A DNA stretch of 59,135 nucleotides from a virus (Duplodnaviria; Heunggongvirae; Uroviricota; Caudoviricetes): positions 1 through 59,135 of IMG/VR virus record IMGVR_UViG_3300037455_000543; one strand, given 5' to 3'. This document shows, one piece after another, positions 1 through 9,570 of the stretch (position 1 is the stretch's first letter; each line of letters opens with the position of its first letter). The notes below the pieces were generated by a model. It did not search any database. It was not told where the DNA came from and saw only the letters and a program-made list of their open reading frames with translations. The position numbers and the translations under genes are program-made.

Positions 1-3
1 TAA

Positions 4-74
4 GCACCTATGGTGTACAAGTAGCAAGTCGCATTGCCTGTGCGAAGGAGACGGGGCAGTACCGTCTAGGTGCT
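4..74 (+). tRNA. tRNA-Gly(GCC), non-canonical T-loop
   Basis: Acceptor GCACCTA/TAGGTGC, anticodon arm TCGCA-TTGCCTG-TGCGA, T-arm GACGG-GGCAGTA-CCGTC, discriminator U. Confidence 0.85.
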
Positions 75-83
75 CTAAAAATT

Positions 84-156
84 GCCTTATTGTTGTATTG
101 GCTTAGCAAGCGATCCTTCCAAGTTCGAAGAGTGAGTTCGATTCTCACATAAGGCT
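84..156 (+). tRNA. tRNA-Gly(TCC)
   Basis: Acceptor GCCTTAT/ATAAGGC, loop CTTCCAA, T-arm GTGAG-TTCGATT-CTCAC, U73. Confidence 0.9.
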
Positions 157-167
157 CTAAAATCATC

Positions 168-238
168 CCATACGTAGTGTAACGGTAGCACAACAAACTG
201 TGACTTTGTTAGATTGTGTTCGACTCACAACTTGTGGA
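168..238 (+). tRNA. tRNA-His(GTG), no encoded G-1, A73
   Basis: Anticodon arm ACAAA-CTGTGAC-TTTGT, T-arm TTGTG-TTCGACT-CACAA, acceptor CCATACG/CTTGTGG with one mismatch. Confidence 0.85.
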
Positions 239-243
239 CTAAT

Positions 244-272
244 AAAGACTAGTTTTTAAACTAGTCTTTTTT
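244..272 (+). terminator. Intrinsic terminator ending tRNA cluster A
   Basis: AAAGACTAGTTT/AAACTAGTCTTT hairpin followed by T-run. Confidence 0.8.
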
Positions 273-275
273 ACA

Positions 276-283
276 TATAAATA
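276..283 (+). promoter_or_regulatory. T4-type late promoter TATAAATA (also at 22269, 24706, 25951, 28834, 29177, 30724, 32842 on +; 9701-9708 and 32838-32845 on -)
   Basis: Exact TATAAATA shortly upstream of starts of virion-type or late genes; matches the gp55-dependent promoter consensus. Confidence 0.75.
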
Positions 284-287
284 TTAT

Positions 288-1169
288 ATGGAATTGAATG
301 AAGCTATTTTAATATTAAAAGAAAATAATTATATAGTAACAGAATCATTGGTATCTAATGGGCCAAAACTTTTGGCTATGATAAATAATTATTTGAAGAA
401 ATCTGGTAACTATGAAGAGCCGCGTAGAGTAGCAAAATATATTTTGCACAAATCGACAATTAAAGGTAGTGAATCTTTTAGAGTATATAAGAGTGAAAAA
501 CTTGCTAACGATGACAATTTTCTTAAAGCATTAAAACATGCATGCGATGTTTGTGGGTTCTATTGTAATTTTGATGCTCCAAATGTAATTAACATTACGC
601 CGAAACAAATGACGAAGCAAAAGAAAAGAGATCCAGGTAAATGTTTTTATCATGTTTCCAAGGCAGCGAACCTTGACAAGACTGGCATAAGAATTAAGAG
701 TAGGCTAAAAGATGACATGTTCGACGTATATGAGGGCAGAATCTATATGGCAATGATTAAGCCTTCTGGCGTAAAGGATTTAATTACAATGATTACGAAA
801 GAACATCGTATGAGAATGTCAGAGCTCAGTATATATAAAGTTGATGTTCCAGCAAATTATGAAATATATCAAGATCCTACATTGGGCTCAGCAGTTTATG
901 TTACAAATAGTATTCCAGCGAAATATGTAACTAAGCTAGACGTGCTTGATTTTATAACTCCACGATATTATAGGATGCATGACAAGCCACTTGATTTCAA
1001 AAAAGATAAAGGCTTCTGTATTGCACTTTCAAGAATATTTAGTGATTACGATATAAGTTATGATGTTTATCAAGATCTTATTGAAAAAGAAGCGGACAAG
1101 ATTCAAAAAATGTATATAAATGACGACACGCCTCATACAATAGTAAAAAAGCTTTTAGGACTTAAATAA
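288..1169 (+). CDS. Late protein with ADP-ribosyltransferase/Tpt1-like domain
   Basis: FYHVS..GI..RIY..VYVTNSIPAKYV pattern typical of the ART/KptA fold; late promoter. Confidence 0.5.
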   Translation: MELNEAILILKENNYIVTESLVSNGPKLLAMINNYLKKSGNYEEPRRVAKYILHKSTIKGSESFRVYKSEKLANDDNFLKALKHACDVCGFYCNFDAPNVINITPKQMTKQKKRDPGKCFYHVSKAANLDKTGIRIKSRLKDDMFDVYEGRIYMAMIKPSGVKDLITMITKEHRMRMSELSIYKVDVPANYEIYQDPTLGSAVYVTNSIPAKYVTKLDVLDFITPRYYRMHDKPLDFKKDKGFCIALSRIFSDYDISYDVYQDLIEKEADKIQKMYINDDTPHTIVKKLLGLK

Positions 1170-1173
1170 TTTA

Positions 1174-1210
1174 AAAGGGGGTTGATGAAAATCAACCTTT
1201 TTTCTATATT
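1174..1210 (+). promoter_or_regulatory. Fused terminator / sigma70-type promoter
   Basis: Hairpin GGTTGAT-GAAA-ATCAACC plus T-run containing -35 TTGATG, 17-nt spacer, -10 TATATT. Confidence 0.65.
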
Positions 1211-1239
1211 ATAATCAAAAGTTATTAAAAGGGTAAATC

Positions 1240-2007
1240 ATGGGTGCATTAGTATCGAAAGGATACGCAAACGAACTATTAGAAGAACTCAAAAAGGCAG
1301 CAGAAATTAATCCTGCTATGTTTAATCAAGAAAAGATTAAAACGTTCTATGAAGACCTTTACGGAACTGGCGATCAGGGAATTGGACAAGTCTTTGCTGC
1401 ACTTGACCATGTTTATGAAGAAGAAATCCGTTTTACTGATGAAGAAATTAATGAAATCAAACAAGTTGTTGGAAAACATGGTTTTGAAATTTTAGAAGAA
1501 TACAAAAAAGAACCGAAAGAAGAAGCAAAAGCACGTTTAGGAAATAATTATAATCCAGTTCGTGATGATTATTGCTTTATTGGCAAACTTGGCGAAAAAG
1601 AATTTGCTTTTCATGTCTGTAAGTTGAAAAAGAAAAACGGTGGTTTTATTGTAGATGCAAAAAACGGATTAGTTCCAATGTATAACATTAATCAGTTTTG
1701 TGTAAATGAAAAAACGACTAAACATTATTTTACTACACCGGCGGTTCAATTTATTATGTTTAATTATATTGATGCAGATTTTAAGGAAATGATAAAGTGT
1801 CTTGATGCTGGTTTGAATTTAAAGCAGTTTGAACAAAATAATGATGATGATTATTATCGCGTAGTTAGCGCACTTGAAAATTTGGAACTTGAAAAAGGTA
1901 AAAGAGGTAAAGTTCGAAGCCGTTTAGCTATTCTTAAGAAATATGAAGAATCATTAGAAAAGAAGAAAGCTAAAAAGAAGAAAATTGGAAAAGGTAGACT
2001 GAAATAA
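1240..2007 (+). CDS. Hypothetical protein
   Basis: 255-aa ORF after promoter. Confidence 0.8.
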   Translation: MGALVSKGYANELLEELKKAAEINPAMFNQEKIKTFYEDLYGTGDQGIGQVFAALDHVYEEEIRFTDEEINEIKQVVGKHGFEILEEYKKEPKEEAKARLGNNYNPVRDDYCFIGKLGEKEFAFHVCKLKKKNGGFIVDAKNGLVPMYNINQFCVNEKTTKHYFTTPAVQFIMFNYIDADFKEMIKCLDAGLNLKQFEQNNDDDYYRVVSALENLELEKGKRGKVRSRLAILKKYEESLEKKKAKKKKIGKGRLK

Positions 2008-2020
2008 AATATTTCAGGGA

Positions 2021-2055
2021 AAAGGGTTGACATTCGTCAACTCTTTTTTTATATT
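2021..2055 (+). promoter_or_regulatory. Fused terminator / sigma70-type promoter
   Basis: TTGACA(2027)-17nt-TATATT(2050) within hairpin GGGTTGAC-ATTC-GTCAACTC plus T-run. Confidence 0.75.
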
Positions 2056-2062
2056 GAATAAT

Positions 2063-2605
2063 ATGGAATTTACTAAAGTAATAGAAGACATTGAATCAAA
2101 GTTTTTAGAACTTAGGCAATCTGCTAAAGTTGTATTTAAATATATGACAAAACATAACGGCGATGAATTTTCCGCTGATTATTATAAGAATCAGTATTGT
2201 TATCCATTTTATGAAATTGGCGCATATTTTGTTGAACCAGGTGGTCCAGCATTTGAATCTGAGCATAGCTTTATAACAGTTAAGATTGATTCAGAAATGC
2301 GACGTTTTATCAATGCTCTTCGTGAACTGAATACTGCTATTAAGCCGATGTTTTCATGGAATATTGCAAAAGATAAACCTCGTAATGATGAAGGAAATTT
2401 AGTTCTTGGTAATGTTCGTGGTTGGTGTTATCAGGCGCATGGTGTAAGTACTCGTAAACTTCATGGACATGCTGCTCTTGTTGGCACTATTATTCGCGGC
2501 GTTTATAAAGATGCGTTTCTTGCAGAATTAATTGAACTTGCAAAAGAAAAAGGGAGTCCGCTCAATAAAAATGATTTCTGTAAAGTACAGGCTTTTTCTC
2601 GTTAA
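2063..2605 (+). CDS. Hypothetical protein (start moved to ATG 2063)
   Basis: The upstream TTG start lies in the -35 box; ATG follows the promoter. Confidence 0.75.
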   Translation: MEFTKVIEDIESKFLELRQSAKVVFKYMTKHNGDEFSADYYKNQYCYPFYEIGAYFVEPGGPAFESEHSFITVKIDSEMRRFINALRELNTAIKPMFSWNIAKDKPRNDEGNLVLGNVRGWCYQAHGVSTRKLHGHAALVGTIIRGVYKDAFLAELIELAKEKGSPLNKNDFCKVQAFSR

Positions 2606-2626
2606 CTTTAACCAAAGGAGTAAACT

Positions 2627-3154
2627 ATGTACGAAGCACTTTTTAAAAGAATCAAGTCAACCGATTTTCCCCTGAAGTGCAGAGGAATGTATTATTTTAG
2701 CAAGGGTCGTCATGCCCATCAGGAACGTAAAGGTTCTGGTTTTCCTTACTTCGTGCATCCGAGAGGTGTTGCATACATCGTAATGGAACATGGTGGTTCA
2801 GTTGACCAAATCAATGCTGCATTGGCACATGATTTGCTTGAAGATACTGAAACATCATATCTCGAAATAATGGCAGTTGCTAATTCTGAAAACTGTGCAG
2901 ACCTGTGTACTGAATTGAGGAATAACGAAATCCTTAAAGAAGAAATGGGTAAAGAAGCATATATTACTGAAAAGCTTCTCAAGATGAGTGAAGATGCATT
3001 ACTCATCAAGCTTGCTGATATGGTCTACAATTCTTATGATCAGCCCGGTGAAAAAGCGTTGAACAGAATGTATAAAAATGTTTGCGAACTTCTTCTAAAG
3101 CGTGAACTTAATGATAAATGTAGAGAACTTGCAAACCTCGTTATTTTAGCTTAA
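2627..3154 (+). CDS. Small alarmone ((p)ppGpp) hydrolase, HD domain (SpoT/Mesh1-like)
   Basis: HAHQERKGSGFPYFVHP, AALAHDLLEDT and LIKLADMVYN motifs; SD AAGGAG. Confidence 0.88.
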   Translation: MYEALFKRIKSTDFPLKCRGMYYFSKGRHAHQERKGSGFPYFVHPRGVAYIVMEHGGSVDQINAALAHDLLEDTETSYLEIMAVANSENCADLCTELRNNEILKEEMGKEAYITEKLLKMSEDALLIKLADMVYNSYDQPGEKALNRMYKNVCELLLKRELNDKCRELANLVILA

Positions 3155-3164
3155 AGGAAATAAA

Positions 3165-3749
3165 ATGGGAAGAAAGAAGAAAGTTATTGAAACTGAAGAT
3201 GACCCAGTAGTAGCATATACAGTAGATGGTCCACATACAAAGAGTCAAGAAGAAAAGAGATTAAAGGATCTTCGTTCAGGAGTCATTGAACAGATGAAGA
3301 ACGCAGTTAAAGAAGAACCGGATAAGTATGATGCAAATCGTCTTCAAGATGCAATCGATGATTTAATGAAGATTAAGGATGAAAATCTTGATGCATATTT
3401 GATTCTTGGTAGGCATCTTTCAATTTTGATGAAACAGATTGAATTCAGTAAAGCTGAAGTTGATAAACTCTATAAGATGTTAAAGAAAAATTTTGAAATA
3501 GTCAAGGACCAACAATGTGAAAAAGACGATAGAACACGTGATGATTTCCAGTTTTTGATTAAGACTAAGAATTGCGACAAGGTTATTGTCTGGATTAATA
3601 AAATGCAGCCATTATTTAGCGATTATAAGAGTGGTTATTATAATATTCTGTCATGTGGCGATATGTTTTCGATGGTTGAAAAGAATTTTGATAAATTTGA
3701 TGACATGCTTGATGATCTTAAGTCTAGGATTGAAAAATTTCATTTATAG
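3165..3749 (+). CDS. Hypothetical protein
   Basis: ORF with SD AAGGA. Confidence 0.75.
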   Translation: MGRKKKVIETEDDPVVAYTVDGPHTKSQEEKRLKDLRSGVIEQMKNAVKEEPDKYDANRLQDAIDDLMKIKDENLDAYLILGRHLSILMKQIEFSKAEVDKLYKMLKKNFEIVKDQQCEKDDRTRDDFQFLIKTKNCDKVIVWINKMQPLFSDYKSGYYNILSCGDMFSMVEKNFDKFDDMLDDLKSRIEKFHL

Positions 3750-3770
3750 TCTATTAACAAAGGATTAATT

Positions 3771-4238
3771 ATGAAAAATACAAAAGTATTTACCGACGGT
3801 AATGAAGTATCTAAAGCATCAATAGTTCTTTTCGACATTAATGCCCATATAAAAGAAATTGCAAAAAAATATAAAAGTTATGCAATGACTGCTTTTAATG
3901 AGTTTAAAGAAGTCATGTATATTGCTAAAACTGATAAACGATTTAAAGTTACTAAAGGCTTAAAGCTAAAGCAGTCTTTTATTGACAAGACAAAGCAGAC
4001 GCTTGTATTTCATTTTCAGGATGTAGCTGATAAGATTAATTGCGAACTTGTCATGCAACCATTTTGTCGAGAATCTGATAGTCCTGAAGCAGAACTTGAT
4101 TATGGTTATCATCTTTATCTTGAACTGTCAAAAGGTAAATCTGCAGATACAATGTTAGATCCTTGTAGAGATTTTGATGAACGCTATGAAAAATATAAAA
4201 ACGAATTATTGGAAAAAATTAAACGCGATCAAGAATAG
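3771..4238 (+). CDS. Hypothetical protein
   Basis: ORF with SD. Confidence 0.75.
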   Translation: MKNTKVFTDGNEVSKASIVLFDINAHIKEIAKKYKSYAMTAFNEFKEVMYIAKTDKRFKVTKGLKLKQSFIDKTKQTLVFHFQDVADKINCELVMQPFCRESDSPEAELDYGYHLYLELSKGKSADTMLDPCRDFDERYEKYKNELLEKIKRDQE

Positions 4239-4259
4239 TAATTTAATGGAGAATGTCTA

Positions 4260-4802
4260 ATGCAAGTTGAAAATGGCGTTATTTTTAAAAAGGAAATCGA
4301 TGGAAAAATCAAATGGGTTTTTTCAGAAAATCATTATGATGGTTGGGGCGGTTTTCCATATACTGTAGATTATGTTTTTGACACATTCTATGATGCTGAA
4401 CATGAAGCTAGAATTCGTAGTAAGAATATAAAATATACAAGCAATTTTGATAGAGCATACGACAAAAATGGTAAAGAAACTTATAAGGAAGAAGAGGTTA
4501 TATTTAAAATTATAACTCCTGATCCAGATAATTATTGGTATGCAATAAGATATAATGCTGAACTGGCTGAAGACTGGCGTAAGTATAATAAGTCTTTTTG
4601 GCGTAAATTATTTAAGTATTGGTTTAAACCTCCATCAGAATATATGGTCATAGAAAAAACCAGAGTAATAATGAAAACTGGTAATGAAGTTGTTACAATT
4701 TTTGAAGGCGCTGATTGGGGTGAAGCAGAAAAATATATTAGGCAATTTGTAAAGAATAAACCGATATATAAAATTGTCGATGGTAATACTATTAAGGGTT
4801 GA
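4260..4802 (+). CDS. Hypothetical protein
   Basis: ORF with SD GGAG. Confidence 0.75.
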   Translation: MQVENGVIFKKEIDGKIKWVFSENHYDGWGGFPYTVDYVFDTFYDAEHEARIRSKNIKYTSNFDRAYDKNGKETYKEEEVIFKIITPDPDNYWYAIRYNAELAEDWRKYNKSFWRKLFKYWFKPPSEYMVIEKTRVIMKTGNEVVTIFEGADWGEAEKYIRQFVKNKPIYKIVDGNTIKG

Positions 4803-4834
4803 CATTTGTCGACCTTTTTTCTATATTATATAAT

Positions 4835-5269
4835 ATGGAAATCTTTAATACGAAACGTGTCTATATTGAGAATAAGCCGATGACAATCGACCATATTCTT
4901 AGATTATATGATAAAGGTGAGATTGACAAGCAGAATCTATATGTAGATTGGGAATATCCAAGCTATATTGAATCGTTATGGCTTGGAATTGATAATAATC
5001 ATATTCTCATGTCACTTGGTTATCAAGAAGACGGAATATATCGTATTGAAAATGGCGATTATAAGATTGCAACTATTCTTAAGTTTGTCAAAGATGGAAT
5101 GAAACTTGAAGGTATGCAATATTATACAGAACTTGAAGGCATGACAATCGACCAGATTCCGGCATTAAAATATAATATGCTTATGGAACACGTATTTGAT
5201 GTAAAGATTATTTCACCAAGTAATAAGTATGAAATTACAAGTAATTTGATACACCGTTTTGATTTTTAA
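4835..5269 (+). CDS. Degenerate DUF262 (ParB-like/GmrS-type) domain protein
   Basis: W..YIESLWLGI...YRIENGDYKIATILKF..ELEG resembles DUF262, but DGQQR is replaced by NGDYK; promoter TTGACA(4799)-17-TATATT. Confidence 0.5.
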   Translation: MEIFNTKRVYIENKPMTIDHILRLYDKGEIDKQNLYVDWEYPSYIESLWLGIDNNHILMSLGYQEDGIYRIENGDYKIATILKFVKDGMKLEGMQYYTELEGMTIDQIPALKYNMLMEHVFDVKIISPSNKYEITSNLIHRFDF

Positions 5270-5282
5270 TGAGGTATAGAAA

Positions 5283-5675
5283 ATGGAATTTCTTAAATGT
5301 CTAGGTTTACTTGGTGGAAGTTTGATGGTTTTTATGGTAGCTGGTGGCAGTGCTGAGTTACAACATCATCGTGCTATGGAAACAAGGGTTGACCAGAAGG
5401 TAGAGCGTTCAGATCTTAAGCAGACTGGAAAAGTCCTTGTTGAAATGTATACTGTAATCGATGATGGCATTACCAAGAGAACATTGAAATCTCAAATTGT
5501 AGTTGATTCAATTTACGATAGAGATGTCGAAAATCTTAATTCTGCATTGAAGGAAATGACCTATAATACGGTTGTTCAGAGACAGAAGGAAATTGACAAT
5601 ACAAAGCATACATTTATTAATCAGGCTGCAGAACAAACATTAGACGATATCCATAAAATGGTATGGGGAAATTAA
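5283..5675 (+). CDS. Hypothetical membrane-anchored protein
   Basis: N-terminal hydrophobic segment. Confidence 0.7.
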   Translation: MEFLKCLGLLGGSLMVFMVAGGSAELQHHRAMETRVDQKVERSDLKQTGKVLVEMYTVIDDGITKRTLKSQIVVDSIYDRDVENLNSALKEMTYNTVVQRQKEIDNTKHTFINQAAEQTLDDIHKMVWGN

Positions 5676-5678
5676 AAT

Positions 5679-6299
5679 ATGTCATATAGATTTTTAAATG
5701 CGGTTCTTTATAATAAAACAGAAGATGAATTGATTTCTGACCTTAATTCGGTTCGTGATGACTATCATAAGTATATTTCAAACCAAATCAAGAAGCATGC
5801 GAAGGCTTATATAGATTTTGGCGATAAGAAATATAAGCCTGATGAAGATGAAGATGGTACTAGGCTTTTGTCGAGAGCAATTAGGACTATTGAAAAGGGT
5901 GCAAATACTCTCGAACGCGGAAATCCGGTTGATTTTAGTGGAAACTGTGTAGTATTAAAGGCACAAGATAAGATTGTTTTATGGTTCTTTGGTGGTTATC
6001 ATTTTGATGACTTTAAAAGACAAAACAAAATTTTGAAAGTTCTGAAAGATTATTCATATATGAGTAGTTCTGATATTGAATTTGACAGTGAGGAAGAAGA
6101 AAAAGAATTTGAAACTCGCGGAGACTTCTGGTATTATCTTTTAGATAAGTATAATACAAGCATTCCGTCAAGAATGGGTCTTGTATATGAATTCTTTACA
6201 CATGAAGATATTTGGGACTTTGGCTGCGAATTGAAAGAAGAATATGAAAAAGCTATAGGAAAAAAAAAAATAAATGCTCAAAGACGACGAAATCTGTAG
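5679..6299 (+). CDS. Hypothetical protein
   Basis: 206-aa ORF in operon. Confidence 0.75.
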   Translation: MSYRFLNAVLYNKTEDELISDLNSVRDDYHKYISNQIKKHAKAYIDFGDKKYKPDEDEDGTRLLSRAIRTIEKGANTLERGNPVDFSGNCVVLKAQDKIVLWFFGGYHFDDFKRQNKILKVLKDYSYMSSSDIEFDSEEEEKEFETRGDFWYYLLDKYNTSIPSRMGLVYEFFTHEDIWDFGCELKEEYEKAIGKKKINAQRRRNL

Positions 6300-6642
6300 A
6301 CAAATAAATAAAGAACTTGCTGAACACGGAAAACGACTTCAGGCAGAAGCTGACTTTTTGAAACCATATGTCGGAGCTCTTAGAGGTCGGTTAAAAGGAG
6401 CTTTTCCATTATGTGTATCTAACCAGAAATTTATGAATGCTGTTAAGATTGATTTCTGTCATGGATATAATATTTTCATTTATGTCGATAAAGAGCATCC
6501 TAATGAATATAGTTGGTCAATCGAAGAACAATATGATAATGGTGTAGATAATTATTTTATTAGATCTAAATATGCTGAGAAAAAATATTATTCTATTGAT
6601 GAAATCTTAAAATTTCTTAATTCTATAAAGGACTGGTTATAA
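6274..6642 (+). CDS. Hypothetical protein
   Basis: ORF coupled to neighbours (TAATG). Confidence 0.7.
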   Translation: MLKDDEICRQINKELAEHGKRLQAEADFLKPYVGALRGRLKGAFPLCVSNQKFMNAVKIDFCHGYNIFIYVDKEHPNEYSWSIEEQYDNGVDNYFIRSKYAEKKYYSIDEILKFLNSIKDWL

Positions 6643-7085
6643 TGAGAAGATTATTTATTATTAGAAAAGATTTACATTTGCATGCAGGTAAACTTGCAGC
6701 AATGATAGGTCATTGTGCAGAATGTTATTGGATGAACTTAATTAAATCTGCCAATCGGCCGTTTAATGATGGTCCAGGTACATTAGTATCTTTTGTCATC
6801 GACGACGATGTTATGCAAAATTATATTCAAGGTATTTTCACTAAGACCATTTGTGAAGCTAAGAATCTTAATCACCTTATGAAGGTTGTAGAAATCGCAA
6901 AGGAAATGGGTCTTAAAGAAAATCAAGATTATGGTTTTATCGATGACGTTTGTAAGACTGACTTGACTCCCGAGTTCGTCGATGAATATGGTACTCCTCG
7001 TTGCAGAGTCGGTATCTGGTTTAAACCGTTATCAGATGAAGATAGTCATAAATTGAGTAAGAAATATCAACTTTATAAAGATTAA
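6642..7085 (+). CDS. pth2: Peptidyl-tRNA hydrolase, Pth2 family
   Basis: IIRKDLHLHAGKLAAMIGH, K..C, IDDVCKTDL and C-terminal KYQLY pattern of Pth2. Confidence 0.8.
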   Translation: MRRLFIIRKDLHLHAGKLAAMIGHCAECYWMNLIKSANRPFNDGPGTLVSFVIDDDVMQNYIQGIFTKTICEAKNLNHLMKVVEIAKEMGLKENQDYGFIDDVCKTDLTPEFVDEYGTPRCRVGIWFKPLSDEDSHKLSKKYQLYKD

Positions 7086-7087
7086 TT

Positions 7088-7636
7088 ATGAGAGAACGTA
7101 AAAATATATCAGTTGAAGAATTTAAACAAGTATGTAAAAATCTTAACCTTGAAATTGAGGAAACAACAGATCCTAGAATTCCAGGTTTTCTAGGGATTTA
7201 TGCCTATACTTACAGTCCAATTTTTAAATTCGGTAAAGACGCGATTGCCAATTTGCTTATACAGGATGATAAGCAAGAACATCCCTGGGTTACATATTGT
7301 GATGGGCTCGTAAAAGATGATAGCTACGATAATTATATAGTTCTTGACGAAGGACTAACCGGTCTTTGGTCCAGTCCATTCGATACAGATGACCTTGAAT
7401 TGCACTTACGGCGTGCAATTGATAAAATTAAGGCGGTCGAAGAAAAAACTAAATGGCCAAAGCGTCAACATATCACAATTGATGTATTCTATGATCAAGA
7501 ACGTGATAATCGATTCTTACGTAAAGACTTAGATGAAATTGTATGGAAGTTTTTTGATGATATAAGTGATAAAGTTCCGGTAGCAGTTCTTAATGCTGCA
7601 GGTAACACATATTATGCAAGAGAAGATAAAATTTAA
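7088..7636 (+). CDS. Hypothetical protein
   Basis: 182-aa ORF. Confidence 0.75.
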   Translation: MRERKNISVEEFKQVCKNLNLEIEETTDPRIPGFLGIYAYTYSPIFKFGKDAIANLLIQDDKQEHPWVTYCDGLVKDDSYDNYIVLDEGLTGLWSSPFDTDDLELHLRRAIDKIKAVEEKTKWPKRQHITIDVFYDQERDNRFLRKDLDEIVWKFFDDISDKVPVAVLNAAGNTYYAREDKI

Positions 7637-7650
7637 AAAGTGAGAGATTA

Positions 7651-8364
7651 ATGAAAGTCGGTCTTATCGGCAAAGGAATAGAATACAGCAAATCAAAGGA
7701 AATATTCGAATCCCAAGGAATCGAATATCATGTTTATGATGTTCCTTATGTAGAACAAGGTATTGAATGCGTATTTGCCGATAAGCTCGATGGCTTTAAT
7801 GTTACTACGCCGTTTAAACATGATATTATAGAATATCTTGACGGATTGATGCCTGAAGCTATTAAAGCACAATCTGTTAATTGTGTAAAGATATGGGGAG
7901 ATAACTATATCGGCGACACATTTGATGGTAGAGCATTTGGTGCATCATTAGATCATTACATTAGCAATCATGATGACTGGGAATTTGATTTTCCTCATAA
8001 TATTGCTATTCTAGGCAATGGTGGTGTAGTTCCTTCTATATTGTCGAATATTCATGAGACAATCGATGATGTAAATTCTAAGCATGAGATTTATGTCTTT
8101 GCTAGAAATCCTAAAAATGATGAGTTAAAACTATCAGATTTCAATGCAAAAGAATTCGACTTAATTGTAAATACTATTCCGTTTAAATCAAAAATTGATA
8201 TTAACTTTAATAATGAGCATAAATTTATCTATTATGATTTAAATTATGCCGATGATACGTTAATTAAAAAGGCAGAAAGAAATAGTCATTGCTCATGGGC
8301 TATTGATGGACTGGATATGCTAGAACGTCAAGCTGAAATGTCACTTAACTGGTGGAAATGGTAG
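7651..8364 (+). CDS. aroE: Shikimate dehydrogenase
   Basis: GLIG..I.YSKS, GFNVTTPFK, SVN, ILGNGG, IVNTIP, YDLNY and DGLDMLERQA motifs. Confidence 0.88.
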   Translation: MKVGLIGKGIEYSKSKEIFESQGIEYHVYDVPYVEQGIECVFADKLDGFNVTTPFKHDIIEYLDGLMPEAIKAQSVNCVKIWGDNYIGDTFDGRAFGASLDHYISNHDDWEFDFPHNIAILGNGGVVPSILSNIHETIDDVNSKHEIYVFARNPKNDELKLSDFNAKEFDLIVNTIPFKSKIDINFNNEHKFIYYDLNYADDTLIKKAERNSHCSWAIDGLDMLERQAEMSLNWWKW

Positions 8365-8371
8365 GTATAAT

Positions 8372-8632
8372 ATGGCAAACATAAAAGAACGATACTTTAA
8401 TATATGCACAAGTGAAATAGTATGTCCATATTGTGGACATGAAATATCTGACTCATGGGAATTGACTTGTGATGATGATGAATATGAATGTGACGAATGT
8501 GGAAAGAAATTTCATTATTATCGAGAAGTAGATGTCCATTATACAACGCATCGAATCGGCGACGACGGTAAAGTTGATTATTGGGACGATTTAATTAAAG
8601 AAGAACAGACAAAAAATAAAGCGGGTAATTAA
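8372..8632 (+). CDS. Zinc-ribbon protein
   Basis: CPYCG...CDECGK. Confidence 0.75.
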   Translation: MANIKERYFNICTSEIVCPYCGHEISDSWELTCDDDEYECDECGKKFHYYREVDVHYTTHRIGDDGKVDYWDDLIKEEQTKNKAGN

Positions 8633-8642
8633 CCCGCTTTTT
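8618..8642. terminator. Bidirectional terminator between convergent genes
   Basis: AAAGCGGGT-AATTA-ACCCGCTTT. Confidence 0.75.
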
Positions 8643-8643
8643 A

Positions 8644-9570
8644 TTATTCATATTTTATTTCATAACTTATATTTTCTATTTCATCTTTATTAAGAACTTT
8701 ACTATATAGCTTTTTAAGCTTTGCCATAAGTGATTTTGCTTTTTCATGAGACATAGGTCTTGTGTCAATGGTTATTGCAATTTTATTATTTCCATCAACA
8801 GAACCCAAAAATTGTGTATCATATTCTTGATCAAAGAATTTTTGACCATAATAACGGATCATTCTATTTTTCCATTCTTCATCACGACCAGGAACTTCAT
8901 TATACTGTATTCTAGTAGCAATAAATGAAGACTTACCTTCTAGGGCATGTTGATAAATTTCATAAAAATCATTATAACCATTCGGTGTAGATAAAAGAAT
9001 TGTCTGTGTATTTATATGTGCTGCTTGTACTGGAAATACGCTAACAACAAAATCATGTAATACTCGAGCATCACAAAATGCCATTTCATCGAAAACCATT
9101 AAATCTACTGTTTTTCCACATATAGGACGTCTACTGTATGCACCTATAAAAATATAAGTTCCATTTTCAAAGTCGATTCTATTATATGTAGCCTTTTTAA
9201 TATTGACTTTCAAGAAATCTGGTAAACGATTATAAATTTCTTGTACTTTGTTAAGTATTTCTTCTGCTATGCTTTCTTTATTGGCCAATATTGCAATGCA
9301 TTTATCGGAATTGAATAATGCATACCATAAAATATAAATTGCCGAGATTGTAGTTTTGCCACATTGTCTTGGTGCAATTACTATATGGTTTTGCCTTTTC
9401 GTTTCTTCACGATTTTGCCAGCTGTCAGCAAACTTACGTAAAAGCGTTCTTTGAAACCTATATGGTCTAAAATTTGTATAGCCTTCTGCTGTAAGTATTT
9501 TTACGTATTTTATAAATTGACTAATATTTTTAGAACACGTTTCAAACGTGTTTTTTTGTTTGATATTCAT
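8644..9570 (-). CDS. Stand-alone terminase large subunit ATPase domain (T4 gp17-like; nuclease domain absent)
   Basis: YRFQ, APRQCGKTT Walker A, VFDEMAF Walker B, LSTPNG, FDQEYDTQFLGS; only 308 aa. Confidence 0.85.
   Translation of the reverse strand: MNIKQKNTFETCSKNISQFIKYVKILTAEGYTNFRPYRFQRTLLRKFADSWQNREETKRQNHIVIAPRQCGKTTISAIYILWYALFNSDKCIAILANKESIAEEILNKVQEIYNRLPDFLKVNIKKATYNRIDFENGTYIFIGAYSRRPICGKTVDLMVFDEMAFCDARVLHDFVVSVFPVQAAHINTQTILLSTPNGYNDFYEIYQHALEGKSSFIATRIQYNEVPGRDEEWKNRMIRYYGQKFFDQEYDTQFLGSVDGNNKIAITIDTRPMSHEKAKSLMAKLKKLYSKVLNKDEIENISYEIKYE

Noticed and set aside
2027-2062. Extended N-termini from the ORF track (2027, 4799, 17549, 19548, 22287, 36637)
   Set aside because: The upstream starts fall inside promoters, UTR structures or neighbouring genes; downstream ATGs fit better
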